64,000 bases of DNA from the NCBI GenBank assembly GCA_000165425.1, contig CT868507.1:186001-250000 (forward strand). Reading direction: 5' to 3'. Shown piece by piece: positions 30,259-42,090 of this stretch. Numbering within the stretch: position 1 is the stretch's first letter; every line of letters begins with the position of its first letter. The notes beneath the pieces were generated by a model that was given only the letters and a program-made list of their open reading frames with translations, made no database searches and was not told where the DNA came from. The DNA comes from Paramecium tetraurelia (lineage: Eukaryota). The translations under genes and the position numbers were made by a program.

Positions 30259-31707
30259 TCATAGAAGTTATTAATAAAACAAAATATATCCTTATTGTTG
30301 GAGTACATCATTATTGTTTACTAATTTGATCTTTTGATCATTGAATAGCCACCATTTATTTTATCTCTTACAAAAAGAATAATAATGTCCTTATTCTAGA
30401 GATCCAGAATGTACAATGATTCCAACTAAACTGTATTTGATACCACAAAAACTTGATTCTAATGAAAATTTAATATGTTGAATTATTTTGTTTTATTTTG
30501 GAAAAAACTTGAATCTTTTCAAATGCAGAATAAGATACTAAGGTAATTTGGTTATTCTCGTCTTTTTGATTGCTGTCTTTTTTTTATGACAACTGTCACA
30601 TTTATAATCCTAAATCAATTCATCTTTAAGAAACTCATCAAAAGATTAATTGATAGAATTTATTTTCAACAATGCCAAAGACAAGCTCAAAAAGTCTTCC
30701 AGTATTTAAGACTTCTTTGAACAATTTTTGCAATGGATTTCACTAACCATCTTTCCTTTAAGATATTGATCAATGACATTAGGTAATATCGTCTATTATT
30801 ATCCATTCTTTTTATTGAAATTGATTATTTCATCTTCAAAGCTAGATAATAAGAACAACAAAAATTCTTATGCGTCATGTTGATATTTTGGATTAAATTT
30901 TTTGGCGATACTATTGCGCAAAGAGTTTATTTTTATATAATCCTATTAAGTATCTTTAAGTTATCGGAGAAGCTCCTAATAATTTGTACACAATGGCATA
31001 GATTATATGTGTTATCTATTGATGTTGTTTAGAATGAAGTTATTAAGTTCTTAGATACACATCATGCATTATAAAGAGGAATGCATGTAGCAAAAATATA
31101 ATTCATTCTTTAACCCTTTAATTGGAATCTCAGGATTTATATCCAATTGTGATATGTATGACACTATGCTTATATCAACCGATTTTGCCCTGTCAGTTGT
31201 AGAACTAGCATTGGATGAGGGAGATGGAGGAATCTTTTCATCTAAGATTTCAGGACCTCCACTATATTCTTCAAGAAGGAACTTCCAAACTGTCTCATTC
31301 ACCACATAGAAATCCGCATTCATAACTAAATTCTTCTTCTATAGCAAGTCAGTATTGTCGATTGGCCCTGGCAAAGTACTCGAATTGTCATATAAGTATG
31401 TTGTGTATTTTTATGCCCATGCTCCGTTTAATCTATACCAATCAGAATCACTATTCTTTTTGAGATCGACCAATCTTTTTATTAGTTAACATTCCAATTC
31501 TCTTCTTGTATTTCCTTAGGCATTTCTGAATTAATTTTATAATTTGAGTATTTGGGGAACTTCATTAGAATATGATGGGGCCTTTTTTTATGGGAACTAA
31601 GGAACCTGCTTATTTATTGAGCTGCTTAATTTATAATCTTTATTACATTACTTATCTTCTTCATTCAAGTTTTCACTATTATTATCAGTGTCTTTATATG
31701 ATTGCAT
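30259..31707 (-). CDS. Ubiquitin-specific protease (DUSP + C19 catalytic domain)
   Basis: DUSP LPGPIDNTDL..VWKFLLEEYSGGPEI; Cys box KGLKNELYFCYMHSSLQ; QHDAQEF; His box VHSGSLEQGHYY..WWLFND. Confidence 0.9.
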
Positions 31708-32023
31708 TAAGCAAATTAAATAAAAAGAATATTTTATCAAACAAAATTCAAATCAGTTAATTTATATCTAAATATTATGACACAAATATCTATGTTGCCA
31801 TAAGTATTCATAAGTACATATTGGTCTATATAACTATTCCATCATAAAGGAATCTACAGAAATCAAAGTTATATGCTTATGAAATATAAAATTCTTCAAA
31901 TATTCGAGAATACTAAAAATTGTTCTTGATCATTTGCCATTTAAATTAATTTTTTATAACAAACTATGTTAATAGAAAATGCAATAGATTTTAACATTTG
32001 TTTTTTTTTAATTTATAAATGAA

Positions 32024-32802
32024 TCAAAGCTCAATTGTGTTAACAAAATCAAATTAAATTGTTGGAATGACTGAATTCATGAACTTCAAAAATATCGTTA
32101 ATGAATTATCAGGATGTATTTTCTCTTCTGGACATCCATTGTCTCTCATTTAATCTACAAAGAATTTAAGTGTATCAGCATGTTTACAAGGGTGAATGGT
32201 TGGCAACTTGATATTCAATTCAAGGAAATTCTCCTCAGTCACAGTTTTATCTGCATACTCTCCTGAGACATCCTAAAAATATATGAGATAGATGATTACT
32301 TCTTTGACTTCTTAATATGTCAATTGTCTATCATCAACTTTGCCACTCAAATACAATCTAGGAGTGAAATAATAGAGATCGTATGTAATGTATAAGGTGT
32401 AATATCTATCTTGACTTTATGTAATTTCTTGAATTGGCTACTCCTCCGATCTAATAATTGTAACGTCTTCGCCTTCCTACTATTCAGTGAAAGTTCCTCC
32501 TCTATTTAAATCTTTAATTCTTTTATATGATATAATATTTTCTTGGATTAAAAATTATTTGTCATTTGGTAAGTATTTGTTTTTATATTGATCACTAATG
32601 GCTTTACACCATTTCCAATTTCCTCCATTACTTATTAATCGATCTCCAGCCTAATATGAATTTAAATATCTCTTACATTAATAAATTCTTCTGGGGTCAA
32701 CATTCCTTTAGTTAGAAAAACAGACTTAGTTGGAGGAGCTATCAGGGCTGCTCCAACTGCTTATACTAAATTGTTTGCATAATTTCCTAAGTTTGAAAAC
32801 AT
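32024..32802 (-). CDS. ATG3: Autophagy E2-like enzyme Atg3
   Basis: GMLTPEEFINAGDRL, YLPNDKQFL, ITYDLYYFTPRLYL, catalytic IHPCKHA, FLKFMNSVIPTIQFD. Confidence 0.95.
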
Positions 32803-32838
32803 TTGATTAATTAAAAAATATATTTATTAATAAATTAG

Positions 32839-33942
32839 ATGGGCTGTGCTTAAAGTAGGAAAAAAAATGAGGAATGTTCTATGATATCCTGTGAAATTAA
32901 GTATTTATTGCCAGAATTAGTTTAAGCAATTAAACTAGGATAACAATGCATTTACTCTGAAGAATCACCGATTAAAGTATGAGTTCTTGATTAATCCTCA
33001 CTCTAGTTAACTCCTGTTAAAGAAATAGGAGGGATATTTTGCAAATTAGAAAGTCTCCTACCAACAGGATCAGTCAAAATGAGAGCAATATATCATATGT
33101 TGTATAGGTTGCATCAAAAAAAACGGCATAAAGGGATGGACTAAATGAATCTCGTCATCTGTTCCTCTGGGAATGCAGCTATGGCTTGCATAGAGTGTTT
33201 AAAATTATTGAAAAAAGAAAAGAAATAAGAAATATCTGAAGATTAGACTATTAGTGAATTTCCCTAAGATGACACTCCAACTGATCCAGGTTTATCCGCT
33301 ATCATAAATAATTAATAATTATCCTCTAAAATAAAACCTTATTAATTACTTGGATAGCTTATTATATTTTGCAAACATTTAAATGAAATACATACTTTTA
33401 ATGATTTACCAAATGTTTAAGTTATTAATTCTTAATTAAATAAACCAGACATCGAGATTGAAGCATTCAAATATGCTCAAGATCATGGCTATGACTATAT
33501 AGATCTATTAAACGACGTCGATGTTTTCGGAGGCTATGCTACGATTGGATTTGAAATTGATCAATGGTAAATCTTGACAAATACTAAAATTGACTATGTA
33601 TTTGTAACACTTAAGAGTGGTGCTTTGATCGCAGCCATTGCATTCTACCTAAAATACATAGCCTTAACATAAATCCAAGTTATTGGAGTTATGTTGTATG
33701 GCTCCACTAGGAGTGAATCAACAATGTGTTCTCAAATTATAGAGGGATTTATTGATGAAATTATTTTCGTTACCACTTAGGATGTTGAAAAAGCATAGTG
33801 TGAATTAGCTAAAGCAGAATTCAATTCAGCAATAGCTTATGCAGGATGCAAAAAAACATAATATAAAAATAGTCTTGTCGTACTTTCAGGAAGCAATATT
33901 GCTGTGAGTAATTTATCTAAATTGATAACTAAATATCAATGA
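32839..33942 (+). CDS. PLP-dependent fold-type II (threonine dehydratase/serine racemase-like) protein, divergent, MGC start
   Basis: KLESLLPTGSVKMRA, SSGNAA, GGYATIGFEI, VVLSGSN. Confidence 0.8.
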
Positions 33943-34910
33943 TGATTGTATCCATTATAATAATTTATTATTCATTTATTTCTTTAATAAACTATATCTC
34001 TTCATTTTTTCTTAATTGATACCTGAATTTATAATTGAAAACTTTTCCAAATAATATTTAAATACCCACACATTTAATTTATTAATTTTATGTAGATTCA
34101 TAACAATATAATTCATAAAGTATAGTTATATCATTTATGAATTTGTTGTTTTTATACATCCCTTTTCTGTGGCTCAACTATCGATTTTGGAACATTTTCA
34201 TGAATATTTAGAGAGCATTATTAAGAAATTTATAATGATTTACTCAATAATTTAATTATAGAATAGAGTGTATTCTTTGTGTAAGTAAAACACTTAATTA
34301 TTTGCATAATGATATGGTGATGATGTTGTAATGAGTTCGAAAGTATAAAGTGAGAGAAAAGAAAGAGTTTTAATTTCACATTATTTAATTCTTAGGTTTA
34401 TAAGCACTTTAAATAGATATCATTGTTTAAAGAGTGTTATCAGGGATAGTACTCTTTGTTTAATGAAGTACAAGAGCAGAAAAAGAGTTAATTCCATTAA
34501 TGAGAATAATTCTTCGGATTATTTGAATTATTAAAAATTCTTTGATTTTCTAATAATGCTGTTATGGTGAAAGATCTTTAGGGGTATTTATGATGGAGTG
34601 CATTTTTAACTGTGGATTAATAGTGGGAGATGGTGTTATGATGGGAGATGATTCTCCAGAGTTTGTTATGTAATGAGGTCTCAATGAATATCTCGTATTG
34701 ACTCAAATTAACCATCAGGGTAATAAGTTTGCATACCAACAATTCCCTTATAAATTAAAATTAATATTAAAATAAATTCAATAAGGGGGATGAGAGGAGA
34801 TTTGCATATTCTTATAAGGTTTAATATTCCTTTGAACTGAATTGGTGTAGTAAAAGGAGTTTGTTGTATGTAAATAATATATTTTTTGAATATTAAATTA
34901 AAATGGCTTC

Positions 34911-36473
34911 TCATTTTTTCTAAGGTTTTTCAACTTTTCTTTTAGTTTTTCTTTTCTTGTCTTATAAAAATATAATGATTGCTTTACTGTCATCATCTTC
35001 ATCAGTTTAATTGTTCAGCTAATAAGCTAAAGTTTCTTTGATAAGGGGTCTTTGGATATCAATAGGTTTATCAATAATCTTGGCGTTAGCATTCACTATT
35101 TAATCATTAATAGTCAATTATAAATGGACTGGAGGACGTAAAGCCTCCTGCAATTATGAGGACGATGAATACAAGAGTAAATAACTTGATAATTAAAATT
35201 TCTTCAATACTTCCTATTTAACTAAAAAACATAAATCCCAATAAGATCTCCATATTTTTTAAACTCCTAATACACATTAAAAGCAAGCACATCTCTATCG
35301 AGTTCAACTTGAACCTCATAATTTCTTAACAACTCCTAAACAGGACGTTATTTTTTAGCGACCACCAAAAGTGGTATGCCCTTAACATGTAAGCAGGGCC
35401 TCAAGTTGCATAGAAATTGAGCAGTATTTTCATCTTAAAACTATAACTCCAAAAATTGCATCTTATCTAAAGTGTCTTAATATTTAAAATAAATAATAAC
35501 TCCAAATGTGACTAATAGGAGCACTCTATTTATGATGCTACACAATTTCTTAAATCACTTCATTCTCATTCACTTCTTATGGAATAGAGAAGATGTACAC
35601 AGTATTCTTATCCGTAAAAACTTATTAAGGTTTAAGAGGTTAGACAATCTCCCTATTGGAATCTCTAGACGAACTTTGTGAAGAGTGTCTGTTAATCTTT
35701 CTCTTCTTGGCCCTCTTTGGTTCACTCGAAGAAGATGGAGATCTTTTCTTCGATCCTTGCCATGCTTATTTTTTATCCCCTCTCTTTCTATTCTTCTTCT
35801 TGCTTGAACTCCTACTTTTGTATCTCCCTGAAGATTCACTACTGTCACTTCTGCCCTTAGATTATTGCTAGGATATAATTGAATTTTAAACATTTCTTCT
35901 TAAAGAGCGTTCCAAATGTTCTTTATCCAACATTTTCTTGTTTTCCAAATAATTCTTGAAAGCATCACTTAACTCTACAGTCTCCTTCTGTCTTCCTATA
36001 AGATTAACATCCAAAAAACCAATTACCATTTCGTCCAAAATTGAAATGCTTTTTTCCAATGTATACTAATTTGGCATTATCGTCATTTGACATTCCTATA
36101 GCTACATCACAATATGACCCTTACTAATTGAACATTTACACAATTTCACATGATCCAGCCAAATTAACTAAATATTACCATACATACCTTTCCTCTTTAT
36201 GAAACTCAAGAATTCATTATCACTCATTCCATTCATGTGAACATGACGCACATAAAAATGGACTTTGAATTCACTATTGGATTAATAACGCTTTCCGATC
36301 TTATTCTCGAAAGATGATGAGGGAGATGAATCATTAGAAGAGGTACGCCTCTTAGTTGAAGTCTTATGAACAGGATCATTTCGACTCTCTTCAGGATACT
36401 AAGCTACGATACCTCCATCCTCTTTTATTTCTGCCTTCGCTCCATCCTCTTGAAGTTGTTACTACTAAATCAT
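34911..36473 (-). CDS. RRM-like protein with an R/S/K-rich region; 3' end approximate
   Basis: NTVYIFSIPQEVNENEVIQEI and VYQEFKKYGDLIGIYV RRM-like segments; SRSSSKKKNRKR region; tiny introns. Confidence 0.6.
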
Positions 36474-36772
36474 ATTAATTATTTAAATATTAATAATAAA
36501 TACTCATTATTAACACTTCCCATTATATCACTACACTATTTATATCTCAATTTATATTACAAAGACTAAGAATTATGCAAATTATATCTATTTAATGTTT
36601 TATTTAACAAAGAATACAGAATTCTATGTGAAGATAGGTATATGGAATAACATTAGGAACTATTCTGTTAGAATACGAATACTTAATGAAATACGCCTTC
36701 ACCATTAAAATCTGAAACAAAGTATTGTTTATAAATATAATAAATTAATATTAAAAATTATACTAATCTAAA

Positions 36773-37351
36773 ATGTTAGATTATAGCATAGGAAAAAGAT
36801 GCAATTACAGTATTTGCAAATAGTAGGATTTTCTTCCATTTACATGTTAATTGTGTGATAGTGCATTTTGCTCTGAGCATCGCACCCCTGAGGCTCATGA
36901 GTGCAAAAAATAATCAGTTAAGAAATAAGCCATAATATGTCCAATATGTAATAAGGGAGTCAGTTATACCTCAGGATAAAATGAAAATATCGTTTGGGAA
37001 TAACATTTCCAGAAGGAGTGCACCTAATAACCAACTTAGAAGAAGTCATGCCCAACCTGCAATACAAAATTAACATCTCTGAATAGTGTTTAGTGCAAGA
37101 CTTGTGGCAAGGAGGTTTGTCTAAAACATAGACAGATTGAAGATCATGATTGTTTTTTTCCGAAAAGAAAGAACATTCCAGAACCAAAAAGCATTTAAAA
37201 TCAAACAATCCAATAGAATAATATTAATTAGAATCAGTAAAGTGCTTATTAACCATAACAAGGAAATGAGCAAGAAATTTGTCAAATCTGTGGAAAAACC
37301 TTCCCATATGTTATGCAGCTCATTCGTCATTCGGAAATTCATAATTCTTGA
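36773..37351 (+). CDS. AN1-AN1-C2H2 zinc finger protein (ZFAND2/SAP-like)
   Basis: CNYSICKQQDFLPFTCQLCDSAFCSEHRTPEAHEC; second AN1 ..VCLKHRQIEDHDC; CQICGKTFPYVMQLIRHSEIH. Confidence 0.9.
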
Positions 37352-37376
37352 TTAAAAATGATCTGTATATATATAC

Positions 37377-37589
37377 TCATTGATTATTAATATAAATTTC
37401 TTAATTTAGCTTCCATTGATGTATCCTCAACTAATTTTAGTTTTAAACATTATCTATATTTGTAAATGATGCTTATAGATATTAGAGTGAGATTAATTCA
37501 TCCTGACAATTGAACTCGTCTTACTTATTTCAATGCGTACATGTAGATGTTACGATGAATTCGAAGGTCTCTATGGTATGAGTATTCAT
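37377..37589 (-). CDS. Possible small hypothetical protein
   Basis: ATG..TGA frame after removing a 21-nt GTA..AAG intron. Confidence 0.3.
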
Positions 37590-37616
37590 ATTTTGATTAT
37601 TAAAATATAATATATA

Positions 37617-39636
37617 ATGAATAAATAGAGACGTTAGAAAATATTACCAATACAATAGATTTAGGCCAAACTGAAATAGCTGAAACAAAGTATAAGAGCT
37701 AGTGAGATCAAGTCTTTGAGATCATCTTGTCTATTCACTGAAACTACTCCGAATGAGAAATTTGATATTATGAAACCCAAGCAGAATCATAATAGCAGTG
37801 TAGATGGGAGGACCATGTACATTAAGCCCACCTTCAAGAAGAAGATGAAAACTACTAAAAGGTAATTGAAGATATAACAGAAGTCCTCAATCAATGAAAG
37901 CTAAAACAAGCTCCATTATAACCCAATCGAAAACTACTGTGTCACCTCAGAAACATATCAAAGATATATTGCAAAGTTACATCAAGAGCAAATTCCCAAA
38001 AAGTAGAACCACATCCAAATCGAAATCACCTTAAAAGTTAAAAAAAGTCTTAAGTCCCCAATAAAGACAGATTAGAAGTTAAAGCAAAAAGAAATAAAAA
38101 TAGAAGTTGAAAACAACTGTCAGTCCCCAAATGAAGAAATCTAAGAAACAGAAAACGTAGGTGCAGTATTATCAACCTCAAATAAGTAAGATCAGTTCTA
38201 TCAGATTAAACACCTTCTCTGTGAGTGAGGATCCTCATAAAATGTTATTGAATTCAATTATTGAAGAATTGTAATTGATGAATGAGAAATAAATGATTGA
38301 ATTATAACAGTTTCTGAGAAATATCAAATAAGAGAAGAAAGATGAAGCCTTACAAACAAGTATACATGAAAAACTTGATATGCAGAAGTAACATTAACAA
38401 TCCGCATTTCAAGAGAGTCTCCCTTTAAATATCATTAATGAGATATGCCACCAAAGGGAAGAAGGCATTAAACTTAGAGTCAATATGCAAATGGATGCAT
38501 TTAACAACCTACTCTAGTAACAAAAGATCTCTCCTAGATCTTTCAATAATAATAATCAAGTGCTTCATTAATGGCAAAACCAATAAACTCAGAAATTGCA
38601 TCAGTATCAAGAACAACTCAAGAATATACAGAATGTCACAAACAAAATATAATCGAAAACCTAAAGGGACTTGTAGTGCATATAAGAATTATAATTAAAC
38701 AAATCCATCGTCATCTAATAGTTATGTACTATCATCAATATTATTTAGAGTAAATTTCATTCGAGTCTAGCTATTTAGATTAATCAGATCTTTAATTAAG
38801 TACCCCAAAGTATCAGAAGAATATCAACTTCAAGAGGAAGGACATTATTATTGATGTTGACTTTTAGCCACAGCAAAATGAAGTTGAGATTCAAACCAAT
38901 GTTGGAACCATCAGTCTATTCGTGGAACTTCTATGTTAATATATTATAGGTACTAAAATAAGATTTAAATTAGAAACCAACTTGAACTCATTCATAAAGA
39001 GAATGAACTATCCTTATGGTTTACAGCCTTTCAGTAAATTGCGACAAATTCATGGATATGAAGTAATTGAGGATGACAAATATCGCTATCCTATCTAGGA
39101 ATACATCTTCACCGAATTATAAGTATGATATTATCATAGAATAAGCAAAATAGTTCCTTGTATGAAAAGATTCACAATAGAGCGATATTTGACACCTTCA
39201 ACGAAATTCTGAATCAGTATCGTCCATTTTATTATTGCAATGGCCAGCCATACCCTTGGGAATACAATAGGAATCTTGTTGTCATCCTATATAACAATGA
39301 GAATATTCATCAGTTGTTAGAGAAAGCCAAGGATAAACTAATATTTTATGCATCGGTTTTATGCGGATTGATTAATGATGATGAAGAAAATACTGAATAA
39401 TTTTTAAATTACGAGTAGGTCTTGTAGAATTTAGTCAATTCTGATTATTTGTCTCAATTACGAAACGAACGATTATAGTTATGTATCAACAATGAAGTAA
39501 TCGTTAATGCCATATTTTATAGTTACAAGAATATGAGTATATGTGGTCATATACAGATACTACTGAAACCATAGTTGAAATAACAGATCACATTTTCGAA
39601 GATTTAATAAATGAATTAACACTTGAATTATTATGA
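37617..39636 (+). CDS. DUF4378-like C-terminal domain protein (basal body/centrosome type)
   Basis: IHNRAIFDTFNEIL..GQPYPW..WSYTD..EITDHIFEDLINE*. Confidence 0.65.
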
Positions 39637-39849
39637 AATTTATCAATTTCTCAAGTTTAATAAATTCATTTTTTATTGTATTGTTTTTTTATAAAATTCT
39701 CTTGACTGATTTTTAAAAGAATTAAGTATTCTTATATTTTAATAAAATCTTATGTTTTATAATAATTTAGATCAAGTCTATTAAATAATTCAGAATTTTA
39801 GATTAAGAAAATGCATAATTTTGAAATAGATTAAACTAAATAGAATTCA

Positions 39850-42090
39850 TCATAAAGTTAACTAAATAGTTTATAGAATTTATTTAATCTCATTTGTACT
39901 AATAGGTTTTTATAAGAAATAATCCATTCCCACTTCCTTACATGTTTGTTTGGTCTACATATCAGTATAAGCTGTTTAGGCAATAATAATTGGAGGGTCT
40001 AGATCTACTTAATGACAAAATTCTATTATTTGTTGAGTGGCTTAGATACCATTCATGATAGGCATTTCGATATCCATAAGAATAACTTGATATTAGTATT
40101 GTTTGAATTTTTCTAAGCCTTCTTTACCATTATGTGCTGAATCACACTTAATGTTTAATCTTGTTAACATAGTAGTTAGTGCATAGATATTAACAAATTC
40201 ATCATCAACTATAAGGATTTTGGCTCTTTCTTCAGCATATTCGCTGACAACTTGATCAATTTGAGGATATCTATGTTTTTTTGGTTTCTTGGGTCCTTCT
40301 CTGAAAACATAAGGAGCACAAATGGCATCATCTGGTTCGGAAAAATCTATTATATTAATATTACTTACTTTCTGATTATTTGTCAATTAACTTTTATTTT
40401 CCTTATAATGAGAATGTAAAAGATGATTATTTCTTATTATCAATGGGACTAATGAGAAAACTTTATTCTAAGATGCTTTTACCTTAACTGACCATTTTAT
40501 TGTATTTGATGGTTCTCCTGCTAACAACTTCAGGTATATCCAGAGTTTTGAGATCCTATAAGAAGAACCAAAAAGTAGAGCCAGTCTTATGATTGGATTG
40601 AAAATGTATACCAGATTCATAATTGGGAGATAGGCCTTTACAAATAGTATTGCTGATCATTAGACCTAGACCATAATTAAGATTGGACTTGCGTTTATGT
40701 GGTTATTTTAGGAACTCTTATAATCGATTCTAAGTGTTGTAATCCATCCCAGAGCCTGTATCTTAGACACTAACCTTAATAAACTCTTGTTCATGAATAG
40801 TCTATTGTTAAACATCGATGGTAACACTTCCAGAGAATGTGAATTTTTAGGCATTGGACAATAGATTATTGAGTACTTATTTAAATCTTTGGCCATCTGT
40901 GTGAATCTGGAATTCATTCATCTTAACATTGAGTTCAACACCTTTCATATTGAGTTGTTATCTATACAATTCAGCTACTTCATGAATGAGTAAGTAAATG
41001 TTTTGTGTCTGAATGGTGAGTACAAAATTCTTAGACAAGATCAAACTGAAATCTCTGACATCTTGAACTATGGAGTTGAGAATGTAACATGAATTCAAAA
41101 CGGGTTAGATACAAGTATTGACAATATAATCATCATCGATATCTTCAATGGCATTTTCTGCTAGTATCCTTATACAATTCAATGAGGTGCTAAATTCGTG
41201 ACTAAAACTACGAAACAGTTGATTCATCAGTTACTTAGTAACCTTCCTTTCCCAATAATCTTTTAATTCAAACAAGTCTAAGAAGTTCAAACCTACATTG
41301 TCATGAATGATGGTCAATTCAATCATAAAATTATCTCCAAAAGGTGTAGAACAATCCAAAACTTTACATTTGATAAGATCTGTGGTTTCTATCAATTAGA
41401 AGAGAGTGGCAATTTTGCATTTCTTGAATTATTTGTCTAGCTTATGGATGATAATCTCCTGGAGTATTTATTAAATAAGGATAGGATCATCAGTGCCCAA
41501 CAGTTTACGTTGAGCTGATGTTTATGATATCATTTTGCCTTAGCGATTGACCACGAGATCGAACTTATCATTCTAATTGACGATCACACTATCAGATGGA
41601 TTAATCCAGGTTTTGGAGTAACTATGATTCTTCTAGACCTAATGGACTTTACCTACCTGGTGATGAGTTGACAACCAAACAAGAAGAAGGAATGTATAAC
41701 CGACTAATGTGTGTTCATAGCTAAATTCTAACTTAACACTAACCACTATGGCTACGAATGGAAGACAAAGAAACATCTTTTTAGGATGATGATGATTCTA
41801 GATTGGAATGATATAAAGCAATCCTTTATTGGGAATAATGCAAAATACATCTCACTGATATGTGTAGAACAAACGGTTCTTAATGCATTGCCAACAAGCA
41901 ACAGTATCAACATTTCTATCCGATCGTTCTTGAAGTGTCTTCTCTTATATCTCAATGCAAACCACACGCTCAAAACAGGCAAGGATGATAACATTATATA
42001 GACTTAGTAGCTACTCTGCAAAGCGAAGAGATATTCAGCCAAGGATGCGCCAGTTATTCCTATAATATACAAAAAATCAATAATAATCAT
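39850..42090 (-). CDS. Membrane hybrid sensor histidine kinase (TM, HisKA, HATPase, receiver)
   Basis: H-box SFSHEFSTSLN; N-box QVLNNLLSNAQKFT; G1 VQDTGSGM; G2 YGLGLMIS; REC ILIVDDE..ILMDIEMPIMNG..QTAY..QKP; needs one intron of length 2 mod 3 near 41824-41870; start overlaps the anoctamin stop. Confidence 0.92.

Noticed and set aside
34975..35511. TGA-free plus-strand frame of ~179 codons
   Set aside because: It is antisense to the minus-strand RRM-like gene, which has proper introns; long shadow frames are common with a single stop codon.
41824..41870. Frameshift inactivating the histidine kinase
   Set aside because: A 32-nt GTGAG..AAG or a 20-nt GTT..GAG intron restores the frame, and the catalytic His and Asp motifs are intact.
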